Below are positions 10,838 to 21,196 of a stretch of 64,000 nucleotides of DNA, in pieces. The stretch is taken from contig OY729416.1 in NCBI GenBank assembly GCA_963422265.1, forward strand, positions 832,001 through 896,000, written 5' to 3'. This stretch comes from Thermodesulfobacteriota bacterium (lineage in GTDB: Bacteria; Desulfobacterota_D; UBA1144; Nemesobacterales; UBA2774). Positions within the stretch are counted from its first letter, which is position 1; every line of letters begins with the position of its first letter. The translations under genes and the position numbers were made by a program. Under the pieces are notes generated by a model that had not been told where the DNA came from, ran no database searches, and saw nothing but the letters and a program-made list of their open reading frames with translations.

Positions 10838-11797
10838 ATGGGGACAATAACCGATATTGAGGGAGTAAGAGTAGGGCACGCGTCCGATTTTAACATAGTA
10901 ACGGGTTGCACGGTAATTATGTTCGATAATCCTTGTGCTGGAGCCGTTGATCTAAGGGGAGGAGGAACAAGCACAAGGCAAATAGACTCACTGCTATCTC
11001 ACAATACTCTCGGAAAAATAAACGCAATACTGCTAACTGGTGGAAGCGCATACGGGCTCGATGCTTCCAGCGGCGTGATGAAATATCTTGAGCAGAAAAA
11101 ATCAGGGTTAGACGTAGGTTCTGGTTTGGTTGTGCCATCAGTTCCGACGGCGGTTATATTCGACCTCGGAATCGGTAACGGACGGTTGAGACCCAATGCC
11201 GAGATGGGTTATCAGGCTTGCGTCAATTCAAGTTCGTCTGCACCAGAAGAGGGAAGCGTCGGGGCAGGAACAGGGGCTACGATTGGAAAGGTATGCGGAC
11301 TTAATCACGCTACGAAGGGAGGAATAGGAACCGCAAGCCACAGGTTTGGAAACGGGGCTATCGTAGGAGTGCTAGTAGTGGTAAACGCCTTTGGCGACAT
11401 AATATCACCGCGCACGGGGAAGATCATCGCAGGCGTGAGAAACTCCCCTAGCGGCACTAAATTTGAAGGAACGGTAAACCTATTAAAAAAGGGAATTCAA
11501 AGAAAAATAGAGCCACGCCAAAACACTACCTTAGCCGTAGTCGTCACAAACGCTAAATTCTCAAAATCTGAACTAAGCAGAATCTCAACTATCGCACACA
11601 CAGGGCTTGCAAAGGTTGTAAGCCCCGCTAATACGGTAGCCGATGGAGACATGGTGATGTCGGTATCCTCAGGAATTATGCGGGAGGACGCTAATTTAGT
11701 GGGCGTAGTTGCGGCTGATCTCATCGTAGAGGCTATCATAAAGGCTGTAGAAAAGTCTCGCGGACTCGGAGGAATACCGAGCTTAAGTTCTCTATAG
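10838..11797 (+). CDS. P1/S58 (DmpA-like) peptidase
   Basis: ITDIEGVRVGH, LLTGGSAYGL, EGSVGAGTGA and QNTTLAVV. The likely start is ATG 10838; the ORF is open from 10802. Confidence 0.88.
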   Translation: MGTITDIEGVRVGHASDFNIVTGCTVIMFDNPCAGAVDLRGGGTSTRQIDSLLSHNTLGKINAILLTGGSAYGLDASSGVMKYLEQKKSGLDVGSGLVVPSVPTAVIFDLGIGNGRLRPNAEMGYQACVNSSSSAPEEGSVGAGTGATIGKVCGLNHATKGGIGTASHRFGNGAIVGVLVVVNAFGDIISPRTGKIIAGVRNSPSGTKFEGTVNLLKKGIQRKIEPRQNTTLAVVVTNAKFSKSELSRISTIAHTGLAKVVSPANTVADGDMVMSVSSGIMREDANLVGVVAADLIVEAIIKAVEKSRGLGGIPSLSSL

Positions 11798-11808
11798 ACA
11801 GATACAAA

Positions 11809-12933
11809 CTATCTAATTTCAACAACTTCATCCGGGATATGAAACCTTCTTCTCCTTATTCCGAGAACTACGCCCATTGCTATCATAGCCGTTAGGGTAG
11901 AAGATCCTCCGTAGCTGAAAATCAATAGAGGTACACCTATAATGGGTAGAATACCTAGAACCATGCCGACGTTAATAATAACATGCCAGAACAGCATTGC
12001 CGCAACGCCAAACGACACTACGATAGAGTACCTATCCTTTGCTCGACTTGCTGTATCAAGTATCCAAAGGATGATCAAAAAATATAGGAGAAGCAAAGAT
12101 ATAGCGCCCAGAAACCCCCATTCCTCAGCAAGCACTGAGAAAGCAAAATCCGTATGCCGTGCAGGGAGAAACCTTAGCTGCGTTTGAGCCCCTGACTTAA
12201 ACCCTTTACCAGTTAATTTTCCTGAACCAATCGCAATTTGTGACTGAATTGCGTTATAGCCTGAGCCCAAAGGGTCATTGAAAGGATCAATAAATGCCTC
12301 AATTCTTTCCTTTTGATACGATTTTAGAAAAAACTGCCACGTAGGGTAAGACAACCCCACAACTGCTACTAAAATGAATAAGAGAGCCCTCTTCTTAACA
12401 CCCATAAAGAGAATTATGCTTCCGCATATTAATAGTATGATGAGTGCCGTCCCAAGATCAGGTTGAAGTAGCACTAAAATAAATGGCACCAAAACTACTA
12501 AAGCAGGTTTTAGTAGTTCAACAAAGCCATAAGACTCCATCCAGTGATCGTCACTATAGAGTCTTGCCATTACAAATATTATTGGAATTTTCACGAATTC
12601 AGATGGTTGAACCGTCCCGAACGAGCCCAATGAGATCCAGCTCTTAGAACTCGCTACTTCTTTACCAACAAAGAGAACAAGCACCAATAACAATACAAAA
12701 ACTACATAGAAGTGGAACGAATATTGTTGAATAAATTTATAGCTTACAAACGACACTGAAATCATTGCAACCAATCCTATAGATACCCATAAGAGGTGCT
12801 TTTTGAATGACAAAAGCCCTAACTGATAGGAAGCGCTATAGAGATTAGTCAAGGCAAGTGAGAGCAACACTAAGGTCATACATATCAAGGTCCACCCGAA
12901 ATTGCTGAGCGCCCTTCTATCAAACCCTATCAT
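11809..12933 (-). CDS. rodA: Rod shape-determining protein RodA (SEDS glycosyltransferase)
   Basis: QPSEFVK, QPDLGT, AIGSG, HTDFAF and SYGGSS; follows mrdA. Confidence 0.95.
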   Translation of the reverse strand: MIGFDRRALSNFGWTLICMTLVLLSLALTNLYSASYQLGLLSFKKHLLWVSIGLVAMISVSFVSYKFIQQYSFHFYVVFVLLLVLVLFVGKEVASSKSWISLGSFGTVQPSEFVKIPIIFVMARLYSDDHWMESYGFVELLKPALVVLVPFILVLLQPDLGTALIILLICGSIILFMGVKKRALLFILVAVVGLSYPTWQFFLKSYQKERIEAFIDPFNDPLGSGYNAIQSQIAIGSGKLTGKGFKSGAQTQLRFLPARHTDFAFSVLAEEWGFLGAISLLLLYFLIILWILDTASRAKDRYSIVVSFGVAAMLFWHVIINVGMVLGILPIIGVPLLIFSYGGSSTLTAMIAMGVVLGIRRRRFHIPDEVVEIR

Positions 12934-14719
12934 CTTTATCCCGTTTATCTTCTAGGCTTCTGTAAGCTTCAATTACTTTTCTAGCAATTGGGGCGGCGAC
13001 GGATCCGCCTTTACCACCATGCTCTATTAGCACCGTTACAGAAACCTCTGGATTTTCAGCAGGAGCGTAAGAGGTGAACCATGCATGGCCCTTATACTCT
13101 TTATATCCCTCTTCCTCTTTATCCAATGATACGACCTGAGCTGTCCCCGTCTTCCCTGCAACGGTGTAATTACTAAGCTTCGCTGCCCGACCCGTGCCTT
13201 TCGGATCATTTACGGCGCCTATCATGGCGTTTCTGACGGCTACTAGCGCTTCTCTGTGCATGGGGGGGAGAACTCCTCGTACCTCAGGGATACTTTCAGC
13301 CACGTTTTTACCATCATGGGAAACAACTTTCCTTACAATTATAGGCTTGTATAACGTCCCACCATTAGCGAGCGCCACCGTCATCATCGCTACCTGAAGA
13401 GGGGTTACGCTCACGTAGCCCTGTCCAATGGCAGATATTAGTGTTTCACCTCTATACCACGATTTTTTATATTCCGTTTGTTTCCATCTCCTGCTTGGAA
13501 CGATTCCTCTACTCTCTTCTATTCCTATGCCCGTAGGCGACCCGAAACCAAATGCCTTCATATATCTGGAAAGACGGTCTATATCTAATTTTTCCGCGAG
13601 TTTATAAAAATACACGTTACAAGACCCAATGATTGCAAGTTTTAGGTTTATTTCTCCGTGCCCTTCCCTTTTCCAGCAGTGAAACGTGCGCCTCCCAAAC
13701 TTGTAACGACCTGGGCAATAAACAAGTGTGTCTTGTTCTACCGTGCCCTCGCTCAGAGCCGCCACAGCGGTAACCATTTTAAGAACTGAGCCCGGAGCAT
13801 ATAAACCTTGGGTTGATCGGTTCAAAAGAGGAAAGCTCTTATCATTTATAAGAACCTTCCATAATTCCACGTTAACGCCCTTAACAAAATCAAGCGGACT
13901 AAATGAAGGCTTGCTCGCTAACGCGAGCAACTCGCCGCTTTTTACGTCCACCACAACTACTGCGCCTGATTTATCCCCAAGAGCCTCTTCAACAGCTCTC
14001 TGAATATCTATATCAATTGAGAGAACAACATCGTGACCGGGCACACCAACCTTACTAGTAAGATTCTTCTGAAAGAGATTTAAGCTTACCTCCCTACCAA
14101 AAGCATCCGTCGCTTTTTGCCTATATCCATCCTCACCTTGGAGAAAATCCTGCCAACCTTTCTCAACGCCTCTCTTTCCAACTAAGCTGTCGTTGCCCAA
14201 CAACGGAGCAACTTCAAGTTCCGCTTTGCTGATTTTACCCAAATAACCCAGGAAAGACGCCCCTAAAGACCCATAGATATACCTTCTAAGGTTATTTATT
14301 TCTACGATAACACCAGGGAGGGAGTCCCTCCTAGTCTCTATATATGCAAGTTGATCTCTATCTATATCCCTAGCAATAAGTATGGGTTCGGTGGGAACCA
14401 AATTGTTTTTAAATCTTTCAGGAGAAACTTGAAGAATCTCGAATAGCGCTTTATTCAATTTTGTATAATCATCTGCACCCCTAGGCAATAAATACACGTC
14501 AAAGGACGGTCTGTTGACCACAAACTCTCGACCATGCCTATCTAGAATCCTGCCCCTATAGGCAGGAATCCTTTCCGATCTGATATGGTTACTTAATGAG
14601 AATTCTGCAAGTTCATCTCCTTCTACAATCTGTAGGTACCAAAGTCTAAATATGATAGCTAGGAACGCAACTCCTAATACCACAGTTGACTTTATAAATC
14701 TACTTCTGAAATCTTGCAT
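12920..14719 (-). CDS. mrdA: Penicillin-binding protein 2
   Basis: RGRILDR, SxxK (SVLK), SCN and KTG motifs. Start is 14719 or 14740. Confidence 0.94.
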   Translation of the reverse strand: MQDFRSRFIKSTVVLGVAFLAIIFRLWYLQIVEGDELAEFSLSNHIRSERIPAYRGRILDRHGREFVVNRPSFDVYLLPRGADDYTKLNKALFEILQVSPERFKNNLVPTEPILIARDIDRDQLAYIETRRDSLPGVIVEINNLRRYIYGSLGASFLGYLGKISKAELEVAPLLGNDSLVGKRGVEKGWQDFLQGEDGYRQKATDAFGREVSLNLFQKNLTSKVGVPGHDVVLSIDIDIQRAVEEALGDKSGAVVVVDVKSGELLALASKPSFSPLDFVKGVNVELWKVLINDKSFPLLNRSTQGLYAPGSVLKMVTAVAALSEGTVEQDTLVYCPGRYKFGRRTFHCWKREGHGEINLKLAIIGSCNVYFYKLAEKLDIDRLSRYMKAFGFGSPTGIGIEESRGIVPSRRWKQTEYKKSWYRGETLISAIGQGYVSVTPLQVAMMTVALANGGTLYKPIIVRKVVSHDGKNVAESIPEVRGVLPPMHREALVAVRNAMIGAVNDPKGTGRAAKLSNYTVAGKTGTAQVVSLDKEEEGYKEYKGHAWFTSYAPAENPEVSVTVLIEHGGKGGSVAAPIARKVIEAYRSLEDKRDKDDRV

Positions 14720-15195
14720 ACCATTTTGCTCATTACCCAAAAAAATTGAACGCCGACTAAAGCATTAACTATTGACCGAGACGCCATTTCAGCTAAGGGA
14801 ACTTCAAAGCTTATTCCTTCCGTAATTTTAAGTATTGACAAGGTCAAAGTCCACGAAAAAATAGTTGCAATAGAAATTGTAATTCCCACCTGTAATAGAC
14901 TTCCTTTTACATAAATACGATTGAAACTTATAGATATAAGCAAATACGTAACTAAGCGCGAAATCGTAAACGTCCCAAACAAATTGCCAGAAAGGACATC
15001 CATCATATAGGCATTGCCAACCGCAAAAAAAGCCCCTCCCCTTATCTCTGAGTAAACTGCGAGGAGAATTATCAGTATTAAATTTAAGTCAGGTAATACA
15101 TAGCCTACCTTAAGAGGAGAAAACAAGGTAGTTTGCACAGTTATGAACAGCACTGATATTAAGAACAATAAGAAAACTGGCGAGTATTTATTCAT
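14692..15195 (-). CDS. mreD: Rod shape-determining protein MreD
   Basis: Hydrophobic protein with a PDL motif, lying between mreC and mrdA. Confidence 0.85.
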   Translation of the reverse strand: MNKYSPVFLLFLISVLFITVQTTLFSPLKVGYVLPDLNLILIILLAVYSEIRGGAFFAVGNAYMMDVLSGNLFGTFTISRLVTYLLISISFNRIYVKGSLLQVGITISIATIFSWTLTLSILKITEGISFEVPLAEMASRSIVNALVGVQFFWVMSKMVCKISEVDL

Positions 15196-16015
15196 TTAAT
15201 ACTAGGTTCTCTGCAGTTTCGGATATTATAAGAATCTCCCCCAAAGTGTTAAAGTTTACGTAGGGTGAAATATCTGCGCTAACGAGAGCTCTCTGGGCGT
15301 CAATCGCTGAGACTACGCCTATTCTAATACCCTTAGGGAAGAAGCCATCCTTCCCTGATGAAATGACTTTATCCCCTAATTTGATACCAGTCCTCTTTTC
15401 AACGTAATTCATTATGCACCCCGCACCTGTCCCCCTTACAATTCCCCGCGCCCGCGTTCTCTGCACGTAAGCATCCACGCTGCTCATAGGATCAGCGATC
15501 AAAAGCACCTGAGAGCTCTTGCCACCAACAAGATGAACTCTACCAACTAAACCATTGTGCGAAATAACTGGCATTCCTCTAAGAATCCCATCTTCATGTC
15601 CTTTGTCCATTGTAATGACTTGTGATCTTAAGGTAGAGGGGCTTGCCCCTATAACGCTTGCAGAAATAACAGGGTAAGGAGTATCCTCAGCCAGTTTAAG
15701 AAGTTTCCTTAATCTCACGTTTTGCGCTTGAACCTCGTCAAGCTCAAATCTCTCTCTATTCATCCTCTCTATCTCTTTTCTAAGCCTGTCATTCTCTTCA
15801 TTGATTTTGACTAAATACAAATAGTTCTGCCAAGCATTTACGACGTCTCGAGTTGCGGAAGATACTAGCTTTTGAGGGTGGTAAGTAAGGTTAAGAATAA
15901 GCTCTGACATCAAATTGGGAGGATTTTCCCCTTTCTTACCAATGGAGAAAAGCTGTATTACTATTAGTAGAAGAATGAATAAAATTAAAAGGAGATGCTG
16001 CTTAAAAAACCCCAT
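15188..16015 (-). CDS. mreC: Rod shape-determining protein MreC
   Basis: TM helix, coiled coil (EENDRLR), DKG..DG, GLVGRV and SG.DG.FPKG. Confidence 0.93.
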   Translation of the reverse strand: MGFFKQHLLLILFILLLIVIQLFSIGKKGENPPNLMSELILNLTYHPQKLVSSATRDVVNAWQNYLYLVKINEENDRLRKEIERMNRERFELDEVQAQNVRLRKLLKLAEDTPYPVISASVIGASPSTLRSQVITMDKGHEDGILRGMPVISHNGLVGRVHLVGGKSSQVLLIADPMSSVDAYVQRTRARGIVRGTGAGCIMNYVEKRTGIKLGDKVISSGKDGFFPKGIRIGVVSAIDAQRALVSADISPYVNFNTLGEILIISETAENLVLNE

Positions 16016-16062
16016 TTATAAAACACAATGAAAAAACATTGTTAATCTTCAACTTTATATAG

Positions 16063-17094
16063 TTACAAACTTATTTCCTTTAAGAGATACAGATCATCTA
16101 ATGCTTTACCTGAACCAAGCACAACGCACTTCAAAGGATCTTCCGCTACCCTTACGGACAACCCAGTATCTTCTTGTATTAATTGTCCCAAGTTGCCAAG
16201 CATCGCTCCCCCGCCAGTGAGAACGATTCCTCTGTCAACTAGGTCAGCAGCGAGTTCAGGTGGGGTTCTTTCTAATATCTGGTCAATAGATTCAATAATA
16301 AGTTGCACCGGCTCCCTAAGGGCTTCTTTTACTTGTTCAGTAGTGATATCAATCGTTCGCGGCACGCCCCTTCTCATATCACGCCCCTTTACTTGCATTG
16401 ATGCCATATCCCCCTCACCAGCTACAATTCCTAGTTTTTTCTTAATTTCCTCTGCGGTTCTTTCACCTACTAGCATATCATGGTTACGTTTTAGATATTG
16501 CATTATAGCTTCATCTAATTTATCACCACCTATTTTTATGGATTTACTTACAACTATGCCGGAAAGGGATACCACGGCAATACCTGTAGTTCCTCCACCA
16601 ATATCAATAATCATATTCCCTATAGGCTCAGTTACAGATACTCCAGCCCCTATAGCAGCAGACATCGTTTCTTCAATCAAATAAACTTCTCTGGCCCCGG
16701 CTCCTTCCGCTGACTCTCTCACTGCCCTTTTCTCAACTTCAGTGATACCAATTGGCACTGATATGACAATTCTAGGTCGGATGAAGCTTCTTCTATCATG
16801 GACCTTACGAATAAAGTATTCCAGCATTTTCTGAGCAACTTCAAAGTCCGCTATTACGCCATCTTTCAAGGGTCTTATTGCACTAACCGCTCCCGGTGTG
16901 CGCCCAACCATTCTCCTGGCTGTCTTACCTACGGCAAGCACTCTCTTATATCCCCTACCCGTCTCCTGAACGGCAACAACGGAAGGCTCATCAATTACAA
17001 CGCCTTTGCCTCTAATATAGACAAGCGTGTTGGCCGTTCCCAGATCAATAGCTAAATCTTTTGAGAACCAACCCCAAATAGTATCGAGTATCAT
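16063..17094 (-). CDS. mreB: Actin-like rod shape protein MreB
   Basis: DLGTANT, RPLKDGVIADF, DIGGGTT and LTGGGA. Confidence 0.96.
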   Translation of the reverse strand: MILDTIWGWFSKDLAIDLGTANTLVYIRGKGVVIDEPSVVAVQETGRGYKRVLAVGKTARRMVGRTPGAVSAIRPLKDGVIADFEVAQKMLEYFIRKVHDRRSFIRPRIVISVPIGITEVEKRAVRESAEGAGAREVYLIEETMSAAIGAGVSVTEPIGNMIIDIGGGTTGIAVVSLSGIVVSKSIKIGGDKLDEAIMQYLKRNHDMLVGERTAEEIKKKLGIVAGEGDMASMQVKGRDMRRGVPRTIDITTEQVKEALREPVQLIIESIDQILERTPPELAADLVDRGIVLTGGGAMLGNLGQLIQEDTGLSVRVAEDPLKCVVLGSGKALDDLYLLKEISL

Positions 17095-17278
17095 GTCTAA
17101 AAAAACCTCCGATTGACGATAGATAGAAAAACCTTAAGGGATCACTGTCTCACATTGATTCCGTTTTATTGTTTAGACCACAACTTCCAACTTTTCATAA
17201 GGAAATAATAAAATTTATATTCTAAATTGAGGGATGCATAAAATCAAGAATTATCAAGCCTATTTGGATTAAAAGCGC

Positions 17279-18388
17279 TCATTGGTTTGTTCTTTGATAT
17301 CGCGAGCAATGAAGGAATGGAATTTTAGAAACGCTCGCCTCGTTTAACTCACCGCTAGCAGTCTTGAGCCATAATATCTTTCCTGGTTCTTTGAACTCCC
17401 TTCTAACGTAACCCAATGCTATAGGTTTATTAAGAAAGGGAGAAAACGCACTGCTCGTAATGCGTCCGACCCTTTTCTTTCCGATAAACATCTCATTACC
17501 CCTCTCAGGCAACTTATCCCCCTCCACAACAAGACCTACTAGGCGCCAGTTTATATGTCCCCTCCACTTAATCCTCGCTATTACCTCTTGCCCCACGTAG
17601 CATCCCTTTTCAAAATCAAGGGCATTCCAAAGCCCAGCTTCTATAGGTATATTGCTCTCATCCATATCCACACCGCACCTTGGAATACCCGCCTCAATCC
17701 TGAGCATCTCAAAAGCGTCAAAACCAAAAGGCTTAATACAGAACTCTTCGCCTTTGTTTATGAGCATATTCCATAGAGAGACCGCACCTTGATTTGGCAA
17801 ACATATATCGTAACCTTCTTCACCAGTCCTATTAGATTTGGTTATCGTCAATTCAACCCCGTTCACCTTCTTGGTAAAATGATCGAACTCTCGGATACCA
17901 GACGCCCCCGTTTCAAAAGTGCTACTAAGCAAATTGTTCGCCTTTGGTCCATGAATGGAAATAAGCACAAGGTCATTGGTCAAGTCCTCAATATCCACTT
18001 TGTAAGAAAGTCTGAACTTCGTAAGAAGCTCAGCCACTCTAATATTAAGAGTAGGCTCCAAATCCATATAGATGGAATCATGATTTTTATACAGCCTCAT
18101 ATCAGAGATGATTCTTCCCTTTACAGTGAGTAGGGTTGCATATCTCCCGCTACCAGACTTGAGCTTAACCACGTCGTTCGTAAGCATTCCCTGTAGGAAT
18201 TTGAGATGATCCTTGCCGCTTATACGCAACTTACCCCTATTAGATAAATCAATAATACCGACATCTTTTCTTACGGACCTATACTCGTCTATCTCATCTC
18301 CGTAATTGCAAGGCGTTAACCATCCAGCACACTCACCAAAATTAGCGCCAAGAGCCTCGTGCACTTCGTTCAAAGGAGTTTTTTTCAT
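17279..18388 (-). CDS. Folate-binding aminomethyltransferase-family protein (YgfZ/GcvT-like)
   Basis: GcvT-like N-terminus (KTPL...DLSNRGK), RIEAGIP and the YgfZ-type KGCYVGQE signature. Confidence 0.88.
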   Translation of the reverse strand: MKKTPLNEVHEALGANFGECAGWLTPCNYGDEIDEYRSVRKDVGIIDLSNRGKLRISGKDHLKFLQGMLTNDVVKLKSGSGRYATLLTVKGRIISDMRLYKNHDSIYMDLEPTLNIRVAELLTKFRLSYKVDIEDLTNDLVLISIHGPKANNLLSSTFETGASGIREFDHFTKKVNGVELTITKSNRTGEEGYDICLPNQGAVSLWNMLINKGEEFCIKPFGFDAFEMLRIEAGIPRCGVDMDESNIPIEAGLWNALDFEKGCYVGQEVIARIKWRGHINWRLVGLVVEGDKLPERGNEMFIGKKRVGRITSSAFSPFLNKPIALGYVRREFKEPGKILWLKTASGELNEASVSKIPFLHCSRYQRTNQ

Positions 18389-18507
18389 TAGTTTTTTCAC
18401 ACCTTCAATCAATGCTTAAAGTATAACTCTCGATAACACGCTTGACCAACGTAACCTCTAGAATGAACTCCAAGCTACGCGCCTCAAACCCATCAGCTAA
18501 TGTCGAG

Positions 18508-18528
18508 CTTGAAAATGGCGTTTTCAAG
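18508..18528. promoter_or_regulatory. Perfect inverted repeat overlapping a candidate -35 upstream of trxB
   Basis: CTTGAAAA-TGGCG-TTTTCAAG. TTGAAA at 18509 and TAGTAT at 18531 are 16 bp apart. Confidence 0.45.
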
Positions 18529-18553
18529 TGTAGTATAAGTTCAAACTAAAACT

Positions 18554-19507
18554 ATGAAGAAGAATATGACGCATGTATCCGACGTAGAAGGCAGGCATAA
18601 AGTGGTAATAATGGGATCTGGACCATCCGGGCTTACGGCGGCGCTTTACACAGCAAGGGCAAATCTTGAGCCAGTAGTTTTCGAAGGGCTTGAGGCCGGT
18701 GGTCAGCTTACCTTGACTACTGACGTAGAAAACTTCCCCGGTTTCCCCGATGGAATTATGGGACCCGACCTGATGAACGCTATTCGAAAACAAGCGTCAA
18801 GGTTCGGCGCGAGATGCGTTATGGCTGAAATCACGTCGGTTGATCTTTCACAAAGGCCTTTCAAAATCGCTTCGGATAACACGGAACTTGAAGCTGATTC
18901 CTTTATAGTTTCCTCAGGTGCCTCCGCCAAGATGCTGGGGTTAGAATCAGAGAAAACGCTATTAGGCCATGGCGTCTCTACTTGTGCTACGTGCGATGGA
19001 TTCTTCTTCAAAGATAAGGAGCTTCTCGTAGTAGGGGGCGGAGACAGCGCAATTGAAGAAGCCGTATTCCTCACGAAGTTTGCAAGCAAGGTAAGTATAG
19101 TTCATAGAAGGAACAAGCTAAGGGCATCGAAAATACTTCAGCAAAGAGCTTTTAAGAACGATAAAATTGACTTTGTTTGGAACTCTGCAGTTGAAGAAAT
19201 ACTAGGTGACAAAGAAACAGGCGTCACCGGAGCTAGGATTAAAAACAATAAGAATGGTAAGACAACGATAAAGGCCGCTCAGGGCGTTTTTATAGCCATA
19301 GGACACAATCCTAATACTGGGCTATTTAAGGGTCAGTTGGATATGGACGAGCTAGGCTATATAACAACTAAACCTAATACAACGGAAACTAACGTCCCTG
19401 GCGTTTTCGCATCCGGCGACGTGCAAGACAAGATATATCGTCAAGCCATAACCGCGGCAGGCACGGGCTGTATGGCAGCCTTAGACGCCGAGAGGTTTCT
19501 TGAATAG
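18554..19507 (+). CDS. trxB: Thioredoxin-disulfide reductase
   Basis: GSGPSG, CATCDG, GGGDSA and RQAITAAGTG. Confidence 0.96.
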   Translation: MKKNMTHVSDVEGRHKVVIMGSGPSGLTAALYTARANLEPVVFEGLEAGGQLTLTTDVENFPGFPDGIMGPDLMNAIRKQASRFGARCVMAEITSVDLSQRPFKIASDNTELEADSFIVSSGASAKMLGLESEKTLLGHGVSTCATCDGFFFKDKELLVVGGGDSAIEEAVFLTKFASKVSIVHRRNKLRASKILQQRAFKNDKIDFVWNSAVEEILGDKETGVTGARIKNNKNGKTTIKAAQGVFIAIGHNPNTGLFKGQLDMDELGYITTKPNTTETNVPGVFASGDVQDKIYRQAITAAGTGCMAALDAERFLE

Positions 19508-19545
19508 CACTGATAGCAACCAGCTCTATACAAACCGATTATGTA

Positions 19546-20973
19546 ATGAATAGAATTGAGGTTTTGGTAAAAGACAAAACGAATCTCATAATCGGTCTTT
19601 CGGGAATCCTCATTTTAATACTATCAAGCCTATTAGTATATATTTCCCCTGATTTCTCAGACGACGTAGCCCTAACCCAAAGACCCGTGCTTCTCCTTGT
19701 AGCCATACTCGTTGGCTCAGGAACTGTTTATCTGGTCACAATACTTAAAATACACAGAATACGCCTTACCAATAAGCAGTTGATATGGATAATAGCCGTT
19801 GGGGTTGTTCTTAGGATACTAACGTTGTTCTCGGTCCCAATCCTCGAGGACGATTACTTTAGGTATTTATGGGACGGGGCGGTAACCGCCAATGGAGGTA
19901 ATCCCTATGAATACTCTCCAAAAGAAATTATAGAAGGAAAAGACGTCCCACCCGAGCTTTCCTTACTTGTAGAAGAATCAGGCGATATTGTTCACAAAAT
20001 AAATCATCCTGACCTACGCACTATTTATCCCCCTCTAGCACAGGCATTTTTCGCACTTTCGCACTGGGTTCAGCCATGGAGCCTAATCCCCTGGAAAGTA
20101 ATACTTATAATTCTTGATCTAGCCACGCTTTCTCTCATCTTAAAGGCATTAGGAATACTGAAGCTTCCTAACTCATATCTAATGATCTACTGGTGGAACC
20201 CTCTATTATTGAAAGAAATATTCAATTCATGCCATCTGGACTTACTTGTTTTCCCTTTCGTTCTAAGCTCCTTAATAACAGCTGCTCAAAATAAACGTAT
20301 CCGATCCATGCTTAGCTTAATTATTGGCGTGGGCATAAAGCTCTGGCCGGCTTTTCTTCTGCCTATAATACTGCGTCCCCTCATATACAATCCCAAAAAG
20401 CTGTTAGGCACACTTGCAGTTACAGCGCTTTGTTTAGGCGCTTTATTTTTACCAATTTATTCCACCGGACTCGATCAGACCTCGGGGTTCATCGCTTATG
20501 GAAAGAGCTGGCAAAATAACGACTCCATTTTTAGGATAATCACCTTTATCTCCGGGCAAGGGCTTAACTTGCTCGGCTATGAATCATTTATTAAATACAA
20601 AGTCGCCCGCGTTATTACTCTCGCAATAATAGGAATATGGATTGTCTATTTGACAATAAGCAGAAACGCCGCTAAGAGAGATTTTTTTGAAAAATGCTTG
20701 TTGATTGTGGCTTTCATCTTTCTGGTAATCCCTACCCAATTCCCATGGTATTACACTTGGATCCTTCCGTTTCTAGTAGTGAAACCAAGATTTTCTTTGC
20801 TATTTCTAACGGTACTCCTCCCCCTCTACTACCTACGTTACTATTTTGAGCCGAGGGGCGAAATTGGGTTATTCACCAACGTAATAGTGTGGGTAGAGTT
20901 TGTCCCAGTCTGGTTGTTACTCCTTTGGGAGTGGAGGAAAGGACATGGTTTAGTTTTAGCCCGAAGGGCTTAA
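19546..20973 (+). CDS. GT-C superfamily membrane glycosyltransferase (DUF2029/GT87-like)
   Basis: EDDYFRYLWDG, NPY, TIYPP, WNPL, HLD, KLWP and PWY in a polytopic membrane protein. Confidence 0.78.
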   Translation: MNRIEVLVKDKTNLIIGLSGILILILSSLLVYISPDFSDDVALTQRPVLLLVAILVGSGTVYLVTILKIHRIRLTNKQLIWIIAVGVVLRILTLFSVPILEDDYFRYLWDGAVTANGGNPYEYSPKEIIEGKDVPPELSLLVEESGDIVHKINHPDLRTIYPPLAQAFFALSHWVQPWSLIPWKVILIILDLATLSLILKALGILKLPNSYLMIYWWNPLLLKEIFNSCHLDLLVFPFVLSSLITAAQNKRIRSMLSLIIGVGIKLWPAFLLPIILRPLIYNPKKLLGTLAVTALCLGALFLPIYSTGLDQTSGFIAYGKSWQNNDSIFRIITFISGQGLNLLGYESFIKYKVARVITLAIIGIWIVYLTISRNAAKRDFFEKCLLIVAFIFLVIPTQFPWYYTWILPFLVVKPRFSLLFLTVLLPLYYLRYYFEPRGEIGLFTNVIVWVEFVPVWLLLLWEWRKGHGLVLARRA

Positions 20974-21029
20974 CTTACCTGCTTAAAACTACGGTTTACT
21001 AACTTGTATATATTACTTATCATATTACT

Positions 21030-21146
21030 GTGAACAATAGAACTAAAGAAAAGCGTTTTCTTGAAGCTCTTGAAGAGATGTTTACAGGAGCGGAGGTTGA
21101 AGGGGATTCCGGATTCATCAACCTTGATCGGATGATGAAGACTTAG
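21030..21146 (+). pseudogene. N-terminal remnant of a type III RM Mod (DNA methyltransferase) subunit
   Basis: Manual translation MNNRTKEKRFLEALEEMFTGAEVEGDSGFINL... resembles the F..AL..(I/M)F.GA.(V/I)EG.(S/G)G(F/Y)INL start of a type III Mod family (recalled, not searched). It stops after 38 codons. Confidence 0.6.
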
Positions 21147-21196
21147 CTAAAAGTCGGCATTTTTTTCAGATCAGCATTTACAATAGGAGTAAAATT

